Below are positions 1 through 10,198 of a stretch of 64,000 nt of DNA, piece by piece; the stretch's first letter is position 1, and every line of letters starts with the position of its first letter. The notes under the pieces were generated by a model. That model worked only from the letters and a program-made list of their open reading frames with translations. It did not search any database and was not told the DNA's origin. The DNA lies in the NCBI GenBank assembly GCA_046482545.1, contig JAWOEX010000010.1, positions 96,001 to 160,000 on the forward strand, read 5' to 3'. The position numbers were made by a program, and so were the translations under genes. The DNA comes from Candidatus Thorarchaeota archaeon (GTDB lineage Archaea; Asgardarchaeota; Thorarchaeia; Thorarchaeales; Thorarchaeaceae).

Positions 1-342
1 GAAAATCTGTTCGAAACCGAGAAATTTGACTAGACCAAGCCTAACCGTTGGATGAAATCTGAGGCCACCCTTGTAAGGGCCGATTGCTGAATTGAATTGA
101 ACCCTAAAGCCACGATTGACATTGATTTTGTTATCTCTATCTACCCAAGGAACTCGAAACATGACTACCCTTTCGGGCTCAACTATACGCTCGAGGATGG
201 CATGCTCCTTGTACTTGGGAAATTTTTCGATAGCCGGCTCAAGGCTTTCCAGGACTTCATATACAGCCTGATGAAAAACATCCTGACGCGGATCTTTTTC
301 ACGGCATTTTTCATAGACTTCTTCGATGTAGCTACTCACCAT
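1..342 (-). CDS. gdhA: NADP-specific glutamate dehydrogenase, N-terminal part (runs off window start)
   Basis: Not in ORF track; manual translation from ATG at 342: MVSSYIEEVYEK...EPERVVMFRVPWVD...NRGFRVQFNSAIGPYKGGLRFHPTV...KFLGFEQIF, canonical GdhA motifs. Confidence 0.95.
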   Translation of the reverse strand, partial: MVSSYIEEVYEKCREKDPRQDVFHQAVYEVLESLEPAIEKFPKYKEHAILERIVEPERVVMFRVPWVDRDNKINVNRGFRVQFNSAIGPYKGGLRFHPTVRLGLVKFLGFEQIF

Positions 343-470
343 AATGCCTCACTCACCATAATGACTGTTGGCATGAACGCTCAGCTGTTTCCCTTACATA
401 AATGTGGTGTTTTAACTAGAAATACCATACCGACTGAGAAAACATATTCTCCGGGTGTGGGAATCATCAG

Positions 471-1238
471 CTACTTGAGTGTGTCTTCTCGTTTTGTCTT
501 CCCATACCCTTTTCGTGTTCTCTCAAACCTTTGCCTTCTGTCAATATCTGCGTTGAAAAACGAACTTCCGATACCAGAACTACACTCTTCACACATTAGC
601 CCAGACGTTTTATCGAAATTAACGATTTTGCCACAAGAGATGCATATCCAAAGGCCGCTTCGATAAAGGCGGTCTCTCCGAAAGACGATCTTCGCTATCT
701 CGTTCATAGATTTAGGACATTCCTTAGAAACCCCAGTTATCTTGCCATCGGACCAGCTGCATATGAGAGACACAAGGGTAGTCAGAAGCTCTATCAGTCT
801 CGTGGTGTTTTCCTCTATTTCATTTGCTGTCTCGGTTCTACTATCAGCAGGGGTTTCCTCAATATCTGAAAGAAATTCTAGGAAAGCAAAGAACGCAGGC
901 ATTGGAAAGCTCGATTCATTTTCAGAAACGGCCATTCTGGCAAGCACTGCCGATATCATGACTGTTTGGCTATAATCCTCGTTAAGAATGGACTCAACCT
1001 CTCTACCAACATCCTCTGGCTTTAGACGAAACTCAGTCAGTGGCAATCCTTCTTCCTTCAGGACAAACCGAACAGATTCCATGAAATCTCTTTTCTGGTA
1101 CATGGCCGCATTAACGCGGTTTGTGAGCTCGCTATATGCAATGCCTGTTTCGTCTGCAATTTTCTGCAATAAGTCACGAGCAGTATTAGGCAAGCTAAAC
1201 ACAAACCATGATTTCAGGTGTGTGATATCGAACAGCAA
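471..1238 (-). CDS. Hypothetical protein with C-terminal zinc ribbon (CISC..CEEC)
   Basis: 255-aa ORF with two CxxC pairs near the C-terminus; true start probably further downstream. Confidence 0.7.
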   Translation of the reverse strand: MLFDITHLKSWFVFSLPNTARDLLQKIADETGIAYSELTNRVNAAMYQKRDFMESVRFVLKEEGLPLTEFRLKPEDVGREVESILNEDYSQTVMISAVLARMAVSENESSFPMPAFFAFLEFLSDIEETPADSRTETANEIEENTTRLIELLTTLVSLICSWSDGKITGVSKECPKSMNEIAKIVFRRDRLYRSGLWICISCGKIVNFDKTSGLMCEECSSGIGSSFFNADIDRRQRFERTRKGYGKTKREDTLK

Positions 1239-1297
1239 GCATTTTAGGTTGTCGCCTATGTCCTAAGAATAGCAAGAGGTAAAGAGAGGTAATAACC

Positions 1298-1840
1298 CTG
1301 CTTTCCGATCGCGACCTAAGAGAGGCCATAGAATCCGGATCAGTTAGAATCGAGCCCTATGACGCTGATTCAGTTGGTCCATGTAGTATTGATTTGCGAC
1401 TTGATTCAGTGTTTCGAACGTATAACCCGGGAACACCGGTAGATATCAAGAAACCGGAGGAAGCTGCCGAGTACACCCAAATCGTTGAAACCCGAGGAGA
1501 ACCATTCATGATTCTCCCAGGACAGTTCGTTCTTGCCCAAACACTAGAAGAAATCGCCATATCAAGTGAATATGCGGGACTTCTGGAAGGACGTTCAAGT
1601 GTTGCCCGATTGGGGATAATTGTTCACGCTGCTGGATTGGTTAATCCTGGTACAGGAATGGAGGAGCCGACGAAATTGACCCTCGAAATCTACTGTTTCA
1701 ATCTTAGTCCTGTGTTGCTTTATCCTGAAATGAGAATCGTTCAGATGATGTTAGTTCCTCTCAGTTCTCCAGCAGCGGTGGGCTATGACGAGAGACCATC
1801 GAGTAGGTACATTGGGCAGGAGTCTCCCGATATGAACTGA
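1298..1840 (+). CDS. dcd: dCTP deaminase
   Basis: LSDRDL...SIDLRL N-terminus upstream of the track start; GRSSVARLG and TLEI motifs; probable CTG start at 1298 after GAGGT. Confidence 0.9.
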   Translation: MLSDRDLREAIESGSVRIEPYDADSVGPCSIDLRLDSVFRTYNPGTPVDIKKPEEAAEYTQIVETRGEPFMILPGQFVLAQTLEEIAISSEYAGLLEGRSSVARLGIIVHAAGLVNPGTGMEEPTKLTLEIYCFNLSPVLLYPEMRIVQMMLVPLSSPAAVGYDERPSSRYIGQESPDMN

Positions 1841-1883
1841 CGGAAGGCCTATAAACAAGCTGGTATGAATTCGGCACGGCGTA

Positions 1884-2873
1884 TTGTTGATGAAGGCTTA
1901 CGATGTGGTTTTGGCAAGTGGCGCCGAGCATCTCAGGTCGAGATTTGAGGAGAAGGGTTACCGCGTATACTGTTGTGGAGAAAATTATGACGAGAGGCGA
2001 GTATTTCCAAATGGTGACTTGTACGTCAGGATAGCAGGAATAGAGGATCTTTCGGATAGAAGAGTCGTAGTTGTACAGACTTGTACCGGAACAATTCATG
2101 ATGGCGCGTTCTTTTCAACAGCGGACAGTGTTGTTGAGCTGCTGCTCATGCTTGATGCGCTTAAACGACCTGTGGAAGTTGAAAGAATACGAAGTAAAGA
2201 ATACAAAACCACACCAATCCCACCACCATCTCATGTAGAGGTAGTTCTTACGTTCCAACCGTTTGGACTGCAGGACAAAGCCTTCGAGACTGGCGAAGCG
2301 GAGTCTGCTAGATGGGCGACTGAAACAATAGCCCGGAACTGCAACAAAATTTGGGCAGTCAACCCCCATGCTACAACAAACCTTGAATGGGTTCAAAATT
2401 TTATGGAGCGTGACCTACTAGAGTATATTGATATTACACCCCGACTCATCGAATTTGGTGCAAAGAAGTTTGGATTCGAAGAATTTGAAGTCGTTACACC
2501 TGATTTGGGAGGACAACAGAGATTCAGTGTGAAGGGTTTCAGCAAAGAGAGGTCTGATTCATTCCATGTACAGCTTACTGGCGATTTGGACGTCAAGGGT
2601 AAGAATGTGATTGTACTCGACGATTTGACGAAAAGCGGTAGCACACTCTTGAATGCACAAGAACGACTACGAGAGCAAGGAGTAGCCGATGTTGGCCTTG
2701 CAGTTGTGCATGTACTTCCATTAGTAGGAAGAGGAGAAGAACTGCTCGAAAACTTGTTTGAAAAATGTGATGGATCTATTGTGACCACTAATACAGTCCG
2801 AACATCTCTCTTTTGGGAGAAGCACCCCGACCGCACGTATAACATTGTTGACAGCTTAGTGGGAATTCTCTGA
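1884..2873 (+). CDS. prs: Ribose-phosphate pyrophosphokinase-like protein (divergent)
   Basis: FPNGD, QDK, PDLGG and KGKNVIVLDDLTKSGST (PRTase PRPP-binding loop). Confidence 0.75.
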   Translation: MLMKAYDVVLASGAEHLRSRFEEKGYRVYCCGENYDERRVFPNGDLYVRIAGIEDLSDRRVVVVQTCTGTIHDGAFFSTADSVVELLLMLDALKRPVEVERIRSKEYKTTPIPPPSHVEVVLTFQPFGLQDKAFETGEAESARWATETIARNCNKIWAVNPHATTNLEWVQNFMERDLLEYIDITPRLIEFGAKKFGFEEFEVVTPDLGGQQRFSVKGFSKERSDSFHVQLTGDLDVKGKNVIVLDDLTKSGSTLLNAQERLREQGVADVGLAVVHVLPLVGRGEELLENLFEKCDGSIVTTNTVRTSLFWEKHPDRTYNIVDSLVGIL

Positions 2874-4610
2874 TTGAGAAGAAAGAAGCCACAGCAAGAG
2901 TTAATTAATAGACTACTGAACCAGAGTCTGAGTGGAGCGTGTGCGGAGATGGTCAGAAGACTTAGACTCCCCTTTGCATTAAAGAAGAAAGATTTGGGGC
3001 TGGAAGCGACTTCAGAATCAGAATCCACCGTTGTGGCTCTGGCAAGAGCAGAACCCAACATAGAAGATGAAATGACTTATGCGCTGGCTAGAATTCCCAT
3101 TCCATTCTGGTGCGTACAGATATCTGAGCATGAATCCATCATTCTCTCTGCAATCATGGATGAGCCCCAAATCTTTGAATTCACCAATGATAAGAAGCTA
3201 GGCACAATCAAGCGTATGCTAAGAAGTGATATGGATAGCTGGCAAACTATTCCAGAAAGTGCTGAACACATCCTTCCGCTTATTGGGAGCATAGAAAAGG
3301 AAGTCAAGTACATGAAAGGGTTGGTCAATCCTTCCGTGTTTTTGCCAGTCGGTAACCATTTTTCAGAGCAAGAAGGGCAGAAAAGTACGCAAGTTCTGAA
3401 TGAAATAATTGATTCCCATAACGCGTTGGATACAAGTGAGCAATTCCAAGAAATTTTGGATACCAGAAGAATTAGGCTCGAAAGCATTCAAGAAATCCAA
3501 CAATTGTTGGAGAAAAAGCTAGAAAGGGAAACAGACAAACTTGATAATTTCATTAAAAGAGAGCGGGAACGGACCGAACAACGTACGAGAAACTTGCATG
3601 AAATTGCCGATATAGAAATCTCCATGCTGAAAGAAGAGGTAGAAGAGCAGCTAGAGAAGCTTGAGCAAGAGGAAACCATGGATTTAAGGGCATTGACTGC
3701 AGAGTTTGCACGAAGCACAAACCAGCTAGAGATTTTCTTCTCGAAGGATATTCTTGAAAAAATCAGGAAGCAGCGTAGTAAGATAGGTCAAAGCAAAGCG
3801 GATGTTGAATCAGCAACTAGTCACTTCGTCGAGCTTGCCGAGTGTTTGCACAACAATGTACACGAGTATAAGGAAATTATCTCTGAACTCAATTCCGAGA
3901 GCGAGCGAATACTTGCTCGCGGAAAGGAAATAAGGCAATCCTACGAAGACAAACGGAACAAGATTCATGATGAGATTAACGTACAAATACGAAATCATCA
4001 GCATCGCATTGTTGAGTTTGATCTTGAGCGTGATCAAGCTGAAAACAAATTACTAGAAGCAAGGGCCCGATTAGACGATGCTCGTGAAAGATTAATTGAA
4101 ACAATCCAAGAACGGGTCCATACGCTTAAAGAGGAGCTGAGAAACCTACAAGAATTCGCTTTCAAAAGTGTGAATATCCCGGGTCTAGCTTCGCTGACGA
4201 AGCTCAACGTCGAGATCTTCTTGCATAACCAAAACGAGCGGCTGGAAATAATGACCCCTTGCATCATACCCGAGGAGGGAGTAACATTGGGTTTGGAATG
4301 TGAGGAAACCAATCATGAACTTAGTTCTTTCCTTAGAGAGATGGTTGAAAATAGAATTGATTCCAGAATGTCATTTGCTAATGAATTAGAACGAGTGTGT
4401 ATTTCAGAGAATTTGTTTCTCGCTCCACAGATGAGCGAATCCCTTCAGGAAGGTGTTGATGAACTGCATCATAGCGGACTTTTAGAAAGCCATAGAAAGA
4501 GAGCCCTCACAAAAAGATTCAGCTTAAGAGCTCGAAGGTGCCCATATTGTGGGGCTGAAATTGCTGAATCTATCCGCTTCTGTGGAGAATGTGGAAAACC
4601 GCTTCAATGA
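2874..4610 (+). CDS. Long coiled-coil protein with C-terminal zinc ribbon
   Basis: E/K/L/Q-rich heptad region of roughly 250 aa; C-terminal CPYC-x10-CGEC. Confidence 0.75.
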   Translation: MRRKKPQQELINRLLNQSLSGACAEMVRRLRLPFALKKKDLGLEATSESESTVVALARAEPNIEDEMTYALARIPIPFWCVQISEHESIILSAIMDEPQIFEFTNDKKLGTIKRMLRSDMDSWQTIPESAEHILPLIGSIEKEVKYMKGLVNPSVFLPVGNHFSEQEGQKSTQVLNEIIDSHNALDTSEQFQEILDTRRIRLESIQEIQQLLEKKLERETDKLDNFIKRERERTEQRTRNLHEIADIEISMLKEEVEEQLEKLEQEETMDLRALTAEFARSTNQLEIFFSKDILEKIRKQRSKIGQSKADVESATSHFVELAECLHNNVHEYKEIISELNSESERILARGKEIRQSYEDKRNKIHDEINVQIRNHQHRIVEFDLERDQAENKLLEARARLDDARERLIETIQERVHTLKEELRNLQEFAFKSVNIPGLASLTKLNVEIFLHNQNERLEIMTPCIIPEEGVTLGLECEETNHELSSFLREMVENRIDSRMSFANELERVCISENLFLAPQMSESLQEGVDELHHSGLLESHRKRALTKRFSLRARRCPYCGAEIAESIRFCGECGKPLQ

Positions 4611-4612
4611 AT

Positions 4613-4840
4613 TTACTCCAAGTAATCATCCGCATCCCCGGTTGCTATCCAGCTCTTGGTACTGTATCGTTCAGCCAAATCCTTCTCTTCTAAGGAGTTT
4701 AAAGCGCCGATTATCTCATTTCGAGTATAGCGGGTTTCTTGGCTGCTTAATGCTTTCTGGATTGCTGATGCACGATGATTGTCATCATATATGAAGCGGA
4801 GAATTTTCCGCTCAAGCTCAGAAATGTCTTCGTCACTCAT
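4613..4840 (-). CDS. Small winged-helix protein
   Basis: 75 aa, SELERKILRFI...LNSLEEKDLAER...W wHTH-like pattern. Confidence 0.6.
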   Translation of the reverse strand: MSDEDISELERKILRFIYDDNHRASAIQKALSSQETRYTRNEIIGALNSLEEKDLAERYSTKSWIATGDADDYLE

Positions 4841-4953
4841 GGTAATCTATTCAACTCCCGCAAAACTGAATCTTAAAAACGCTGTCATTGGGGGTAAGAC
4901 ACTACGAAACCCTTTTTACAACTCTGAATTGCACCCCACTAGTCAGTGAATGG

Positions 4954-5706
4954 ATGATGAACAGATCTGAGTACCATATCAGGATAGCCAAAGGGGAGAT
5001 GCCACAACGAGTCTTGCTGCCTGGAGACCCCGGTAGAGCTAAGGCCATTGCACATACCTACTTTGATAATCCTTCAGAAGTAGCAAGGAACCGGGAGTAC
5101 TGGAGTTTTAAGGGCGAATATGATGGCATAGAAGTTGGTGTCTGTTCAACAGGAATCGGCTGTCCCTCTGCGGCTATCGCAATCGAGGAGCTTGTCAAGG
5201 TAGGATGTAAGTCGTTCATACGAGTCGGTTCGGCAGGTGCCATAGATAGAACGCTCTCGGCAGGAGACCTCGTAATCTTTTCTGGATCCGTTCGGGATGA
5301 CGGCACATCAGTTCAGTATGTACCCATCGAGTACCCCGCCGTTGCTGACCCTGTAATGGTCCAATCACTGGCAAGAGCAGCAGAAAGAAGGAATGCACCA
5401 TACAGAATCGGAATCGGACATAGCAAAGATGCCTTCTACAGTGAACATCCAGATATGGTATCTAATCCAACTGCTCTCAAACAAAAGTGGAAATCTATGG
5501 AACGTGTGGGTGTACTGGCTACTGAGATGGAATCGGCAGTTCTTTTTGTACTGGGACATCTTAGAAAAGTCAGGGTTGGAACTGTATGTGTGATAATTGG
5601 TGAACCCATTCAGAACAAAGCAGAAATTACAGAAAAACCAAAGCTAGAACACTTAGTTCCTGTGGCGCTGGATGCCATAACCGCGACTGATATCGACTTG
5701 ACATGA
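4954..5706 (+). CDS. udp: Uridine/nucleoside phosphorylase (PNP_UDP_1)
   Basis: LPGDPGRA, STGIGCPSAAIAIEEL, IRVGSAG and EMES motifs. Confidence 0.9.
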   Translation: MMNRSEYHIRIAKGEMPQRVLLPGDPGRAKAIAHTYFDNPSEVARNREYWSFKGEYDGIEVGVCSTGIGCPSAAIAIEELVKVGCKSFIRVGSAGAIDRTLSAGDLVIFSGSVRDDGTSVQYVPIEYPAVADPVMVQSLARAAERRNAPYRIGIGHSKDAFYSEHPDMVSNPTALKQKWKSMERVGVLATEMESAVLFVLGHLRKVRVGTVCVIIGEPIQNKAEITEKPKLEHLVPVALDAITATDIDLT

Positions 5707-5761
5707 TTTGAAACAATCGCATCTAATACCTAGTAGGGATAATGCTCCTATTTTCAAAACG

Positions 5762-6547
5762 CTACACTCTTGCGCCCCAAACACGCTTTTGTAGTTTTAT
5801 CAGCAAATCGTCTGCTTCGGATTCTTCTATACGTGCTAACCTAGCGAGATTTTTTGGACTTGAAGAGAGCAGATCTGTTACTCCCGTCAACCCAGCATCA
5901 ATAATTGATTGAACAGTCTTCTCAGAGATACCGATTTCACGAAGAGTGGTTCTCATCTCTTCTGTCACTGTTTCATCTTGAGCAGGGCGGGTAACATCTG
6001 GTAAATCCTGGACATCTTCCGATGACTCTTGACCAACATCGCTAACTTCAATCTCATCGAAATCAGCCATCTTGCCCGCGAGAGAGAACTGATTAACAAA
6101 ATTTGGTCGCAAGAGAAAAATGCCAATTAGAAAAGAACCTATAAGCAAGGGAATTAGGATGACAGGACCCAAGTTAAGCCCAACAATCTCACCTTCAGGC
6201 CCAAAAATGGGCAGGGCATTCTCTACACCAAACAATAGAATGTCAATAATGAAGTCGCCTGTCAGCTCGATATCAAGAATCAACCATAGCGGTGAGAAGA
6301 ATGCCAATCCGCCCAGCTCGAATATGAGAATCTCTCTTAGAGCCTCTCTCCAGCGATAATAGACAAACAGAATCGGCAATATCATAATTATTAACGAAAC
6401 TATGGTCCATATCGTGTATATACGCCAGATTCTTTGCAGCACAGCAGAATCCGAAACACCATAACCCATCATCTTAATGATAGCTGCACCATTAAATATG
6501 ATGCCTGAAATGAGCGCTGAAAAGACAATTCCGTGGGCATATCTCAA
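5762..6547 (-). CDS. Membrane protein with C-terminal helix-hairpin-helix domain
   Basis: About 4 hydrophobic segments, an acidic linker, then LREIGISEKTVQSIIDAG...LARLARIEE (HhH-like). Confidence 0.65.
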   Translation of the reverse strand: MRYAHGIVFSALISGIIFNGAAIIKMMGYGVSDSAVLQRIWRIYTIWTIVSLIIMILPILFVYYRWREALREILIFELGGLAFFSPLWLILDIELTGDFIIDILLFGVENALPIFGPEGEIVGLNLGPVILIPLLIGSFLIGIFLLRPNFVNQFSLAGKMADFDEIEVSDVGQESSEDVQDLPDVTRPAQDETVTEEMRTTLREIGISEKTVQSIIDAGLTGVTDLLSSSPKNLARLARIEESEADDLLIKLQKRVWGARV

Positions 6548-6722
6548 AGAGTATCAACACCTCTAAGCCTGCTGTTCGCTTAATGGGGCATCAACTCACT
6601 TAAAGTTATTCCGAGAGAAACGCTCTTTTCCTGATGACACTAGCAAGAATTTGACCTTAACAAAGATAAAACATTCACCATCCTTATTTGTAGCATGTAC
6701 CTACAAGTTCTTGTGAATTGGA

Positions 6723-7808
6723 TTGGAACCGTTTCTGGTCGTAGGGACTCGCCCCGAAATCATAAAGATGGCACCAGTTGTCCATGCTTGGGAGAACAGG
6801 GGCCAAAAGCTATTCCTGCTTCACACAGGGCAACATTACTCAAACTACATGAGTGATGCATTCTTCCAAGACATGGATTTGAGAGAACCGGATAAGAACT
6901 TGAATATTGGTTCAGGTTCGCACTCTGAACAGACAGCAAAGGCATTACTCGGAATAGAAAAGCAATTGCAAATACTAAAGCCACCACTTGTTGTAGTGGA
7001 AGGTGATACAAATGCCGTGCTGTCTGCTGCACTAGCAGCTGTAAAGCTCAACATACCTGTTGCTCATGTAGAAGCCGGCCTTCGAAGCTTCGATATCAGA
7101 ATGCCCGAAGAACATAATCGCAGACTGACTGACCATGCCAGCACTCTGCTTTTTGCACCGACAAAAGATGCGGCTGAAACGCTGAAAGAGGAGAATGTGT
7201 GGGGAGAGGTGCATATAACTGGAAATACAGTAATTGATGCAGTTGAAAGATACATGCCTATGGCATTAGAGAAGAGTGACATTCTAGATAGACTGCAACT
7301 CGACAAATATGCACTTCTTACTCTCCATCGGGCAGAGAATGTTGATGATCCTGATATCCTGAAAGGACTCATAGATGGTATTCTCAAACTGGAGACGGAT
7401 ATACTATTCCCAGCTCATCCTAGAACTATCGCCCGACTTGTAGAATACGACATGATGGATAAAATCAAAGCGAACGACCAGATAGTACCCATCGAACCCG
7501 TGCCATATTTGGACTTTCTACGGTTAATGCATGGTTGCTCCTATATCCTTACAGATTCTGGAGGAATCCAAGAAGAAGCAACTGCCCCGGCTGTGAACAA
7601 GCGTGTTTTTGTCCTCAGAACATCGACAGAGCGCCCCGAGGCCGTAGATTCGGGATATGCTCACGTCATCGGTACTGATTCTGAAGTATTCCCAGATCGC
7701 GTGAAGGATCTTTTGGAAAAGCCCTTTGAACCAACGGAATGTCCATATGGAGACGGTAAGGCTGGTGAGAAGATTGTTCAGATAATAGTGGACTGGGCAG
7801 AAACGTAA
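6723..7808 (+). CDS. wecB: UDP-N-acetylglucosamine 2-epimerase (non-hydrolysing)
   Basis: GTRPEIIKMAP, HTGQHY, HVEAGLRS, PEEHNR and TDSGGIQEEA motifs. Confidence 0.95.
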   Translation: MEPFLVVGTRPEIIKMAPVVHAWENRGQKLFLLHTGQHYSNYMSDAFFQDMDLREPDKNLNIGSGSHSEQTAKALLGIEKQLQILKPPLVVVEGDTNAVLSAALAAVKLNIPVAHVEAGLRSFDIRMPEEHNRRLTDHASTLLFAPTKDAAETLKEENVWGEVHITGNTVIDAVERYMPMALEKSDILDRLQLDKYALLTLHRAENVDDPDILKGLIDGILKLETDILFPAHPRTIARLVEYDMMDKIKANDQIVPIEPVPYLDFLRLMHGCSYILTDSGGIQEEATAPAVNKRVFVLRTSTERPEAVDSGYAHVIGTDSEVFPDRVKDLLEKPFEPTECPYGDGKAGEKIVQIIVDWAET

Positions 7809-7967
7809 TTCGTCCCGAAAAAAGACATGTTGTTCGAAAAAAGCGAATGTTTCTACAAAACAAGGCGAGGGGGCTTCTACTGCGTGTCTGGCGAAGTCTT
7901 ATAAGGCATCAATGCGTTGCTTCTATGCATTCCTATACGAGGAGTGAGGAAAAACGGAGGAAAAACA

Positions 7968-8141
7968 ATGGCAGACTATGTAGTCAAGAAAGCAATTCAG
8001 GACTTCGCACGAAGTAACGACCTTATGGTAGCATCAGATTTCTACGATGAGCTTGATAAGCACGTAGAGAAGCTACTACAGGCCGCGGCAAAGAGAACCA
8101 CGGCTAATAGACGAAAGACACTAAGCCCTCACGATTTGTAG
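7968..8141 (+). CDS. Short histone-fold protein (alpha3-truncated, DUF1931/face-to-face-like)
   Basis: 57 aa MADYVVKKAIQDF...VASDFYDELD...AAKRTTANRRKTLSPHDL; RKT-x4-DL end; GGAGG SD; own terminator. Confidence 0.85.
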   Translation: MADYVVKKAIQDFARSNDLMVASDFYDELDKHVEKLLQAAAKRTTANRRKTLSPHDL

Positions 8142-8159
8142 AATCTGGAGGGCTTAGGG

Positions 8160-8201
8160 ACTGGAACTGTGAAGAATTCAGTTCCAGTTCATCTTTTTTT
8201 T
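8160..8201 (+). terminator. Hairpin plus T-tract terminator after histone gene
   Basis: ACTGGAACTG...CAGTTCCAGT inverted repeat followed by T8. Confidence 0.7.
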
Positions 8202-8281
8202 GAGCTGAATATCTGGATACCAATCATAGCACTCATTAGGAGCTCAAAGAGCACACCTAACAGTAATTGGAGTGATTTCGA

Positions 8282-9058
8282 TTGGAAATATGCCTAACAA
8301 ATGATGACGGAGCAGACCATCCAGGCTTGCTCAAGTTGGCAGCCAATCTCAGTGAGATAGGCAATGTCACAGTAATTGTACCAAGCAATCAGCGGAGTGC
8401 AACAGGAAAGGCACTCACCCTCAATAGTCCCATTAGAATAAGCGAAGGAATATTGAAAGATGATTATAGGATGATTAAACATTCTGGATTGCCAGCGGAT
8501 TCCGTTATATTGGCGAAGGCATTTATGACTAATATTGACCTAGTAGTTGCAGGGATAAATGGGGGTGCAAATTTGGGCTATCAGAGTATGCTAACAAGTG
8601 GAACGGTAGGAGCTGTAATGGAAGGGGCGATTATGGAAATCCCAGGGATTGCATTTTCTATGGTGGTTGAGCCGCATGAATGGTTCAATTCCCATGGTGT
8701 ACAAGAGAATTACCAAAAGGCAGCTGAAATTGCGACAAGTATTGTTGAAAAAGTCTTGAACAAGAAACTTCCAGAAGGAATAGACGCAATCAACGTCAAC
8801 TTCCCGGCAGAAATAGAGAATGATACTGAAACCATAATCACAAAGCCAGCGAAGGTACGTATCAAGAATGAGCTCGATAGGCGCATAGATCCCAACGGCA
8901 GCCCTTACTATTGGTTGAAGGGGGTAACGGCAGACGCCCCAACTGGTACTGATGCCAGTGAAGTACTGCAGAATGGGAATATCTCAATCTCGCCGATAAT
9001 AATCGATACAGTTGAAGAGAAGGAGACTAAACAACTCAGGTATCTACTCTCTCATTGA
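8282..9058 (+). CDS. surE: 5'/3'-nucleotidase SurE
   Basis: LTNDDG, GINGGANLG, SGTVGA and NVNFP motifs. Confidence 0.92.
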   Translation: MEICLTNDDGADHPGLLKLAANLSEIGNVTVIVPSNQRSATGKALTLNSPIRISEGILKDDYRMIKHSGLPADSVILAKAFMTNIDLVVAGINGGANLGYQSMLTSGTVGAVMEGAIMEIPGIAFSMVVEPHEWFNSHGVQENYQKAAEIATSIVEKVLNKKLPEGIDAINVNFPAEIENDTETIITKPAKVRIKNELDRRIDPNGSPYYWLKGVTADAPTGTDASEVLQNGNISISPIIIDTVEEKETKQLRYLLSH

Positions 9059-10070
9059 GTGTGCTTAATGCATTCCATAATGCATCTGTATCATATCTTT
9101 CAACATGATGCGACTGGAAGTCTTCGACAAGCAGTCTCGTTTCCGTGTCATTAGATATGGTGCCAATTATGGTGGCTTGGATGCCCCTCTCCTCAATTGC
9201 ATGTACGACTTCTTCGGCATAACCAGATGAACAGGTTATCAACATACAACCACTGCTTATCAAATTGAGCCAATCCACTCCAATTGCGTCGCATATTGCG
9301 GTTGTTGCTGGATGAAAGGGAATACTCTCCAAGTTCACTTCAAAACCAACATCACTTGCATCACATAGTTCGTGCAAGCCACCAGAAATCCCGCCTTCTG
9401 TCGGATCGTGCATTGCAGTTACGTGGCCGGTTCCAAAAGCCGTAAGGCCCTCCTCAACAACGCTAATCTTATCTCGGATTGCGATTCCCTCCTCGACCAA
9501 ATCTATACCAATGACTTCAGTTAGATATTCACGTCCTTCTGAAGCCAGAATTGCGGTTCCCTCGATGGCAGCGGTCTTTGTCATAACAATTGCATCCCCC
9601 GGTTGCGCCCCACTTGATGTCACATATTCTCCAGGATTAGTCAACCCCAGCATAAATCCAGCTATTATAGGACGCGGAAGACCCTGAGTTATCTCTGTGT
9701 GTCCACCAGCTACCGAAATACCTAGAGAGTCTGTCGCTTCGTTAATCTGTTGCATAATTTTGGCTAAGTCATCTTCATTAGACGCTTCGGGCAGCATAAT
9801 CGAGTTCAGGAACCATTTCGGAGCCACTCCGAAGGTTGCTATATCATTGGCATTTACGTGCACAGATAGCCATCCTGCATCTTCTATCGAGCCAGTTATA
9901 GGATCAGTTGCCGCCACAAGCACCTTGTCACCAAACCGAATCAGGCAAGCATCTTGTCCAATACCTGGACCGAGAATCAGATCTGAATCTTCCTTTCCGA
10001 GGTGAGTGAAAACGAGCTCCTTGAGCATCTTGGGGGGAATTTTTCCGGGCAACAACGTTTCATTCTCCAT
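9036..10070 (-). CDS. AIR synthase/HypE-like (PurM superfamily) protein
   Basis: GPGIGQD, TDPITG, HVNANDIA, GGHTE and MHDPTEGG motifs. Confidence 0.85.
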   Translation of the reverse strand: MENETLLPGKIPPKMLKELVFTHLGKEDSDLILGPGIGQDACLIRFGDKVLVAATDPITGSIEDAGWLSVHVNANDIATFGVAPKWFLNSIMLPEASNEDDLAKIMQQINEATDSLGISVAGGHTEITQGLPRPIIAGFMLGLTNPGEYVTSSGAQPGDAIVMTKTAAIEGTAILASEGREYLTEVIGIDLVEEGIAIRDKISVVEEGLTAFGTGHVTAMHDPTEGGISGGLHELCDASDVGFEVNLESIPFHPATTAICDAIGVDWLNLISSGCMLITCSSGYAEEVVHAIEERGIQATIIGTISNDTETRLLVEDFQSHHVERYDTDALWNALSTLNERVDT

Positions 10071-10198
10071 TCTGTCGCTTGCATGAATATTGGTATGGAT
10101 ATCAAATTTGAGTATCATCACAACGGAAGGCGATGAATTCAGCTGCACAGTTCATACAAATTCCTGTGAGTGTGTTGGGGTTAATAATTCAATCGAGT

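Noticed and set aside
97-666. 189-aa plus-strand ORF
   Set aside because: Shadow of gdhA and the 471-1238 gene on the minus strand
9036-10070. Selenophosphate synthetase, or link to the Nit1C-like radical SAM gene
   Set aside because: No N-terminal Cys/Sec-x2-Lys motif, and it lies about 45 kb from the radical SAM gene
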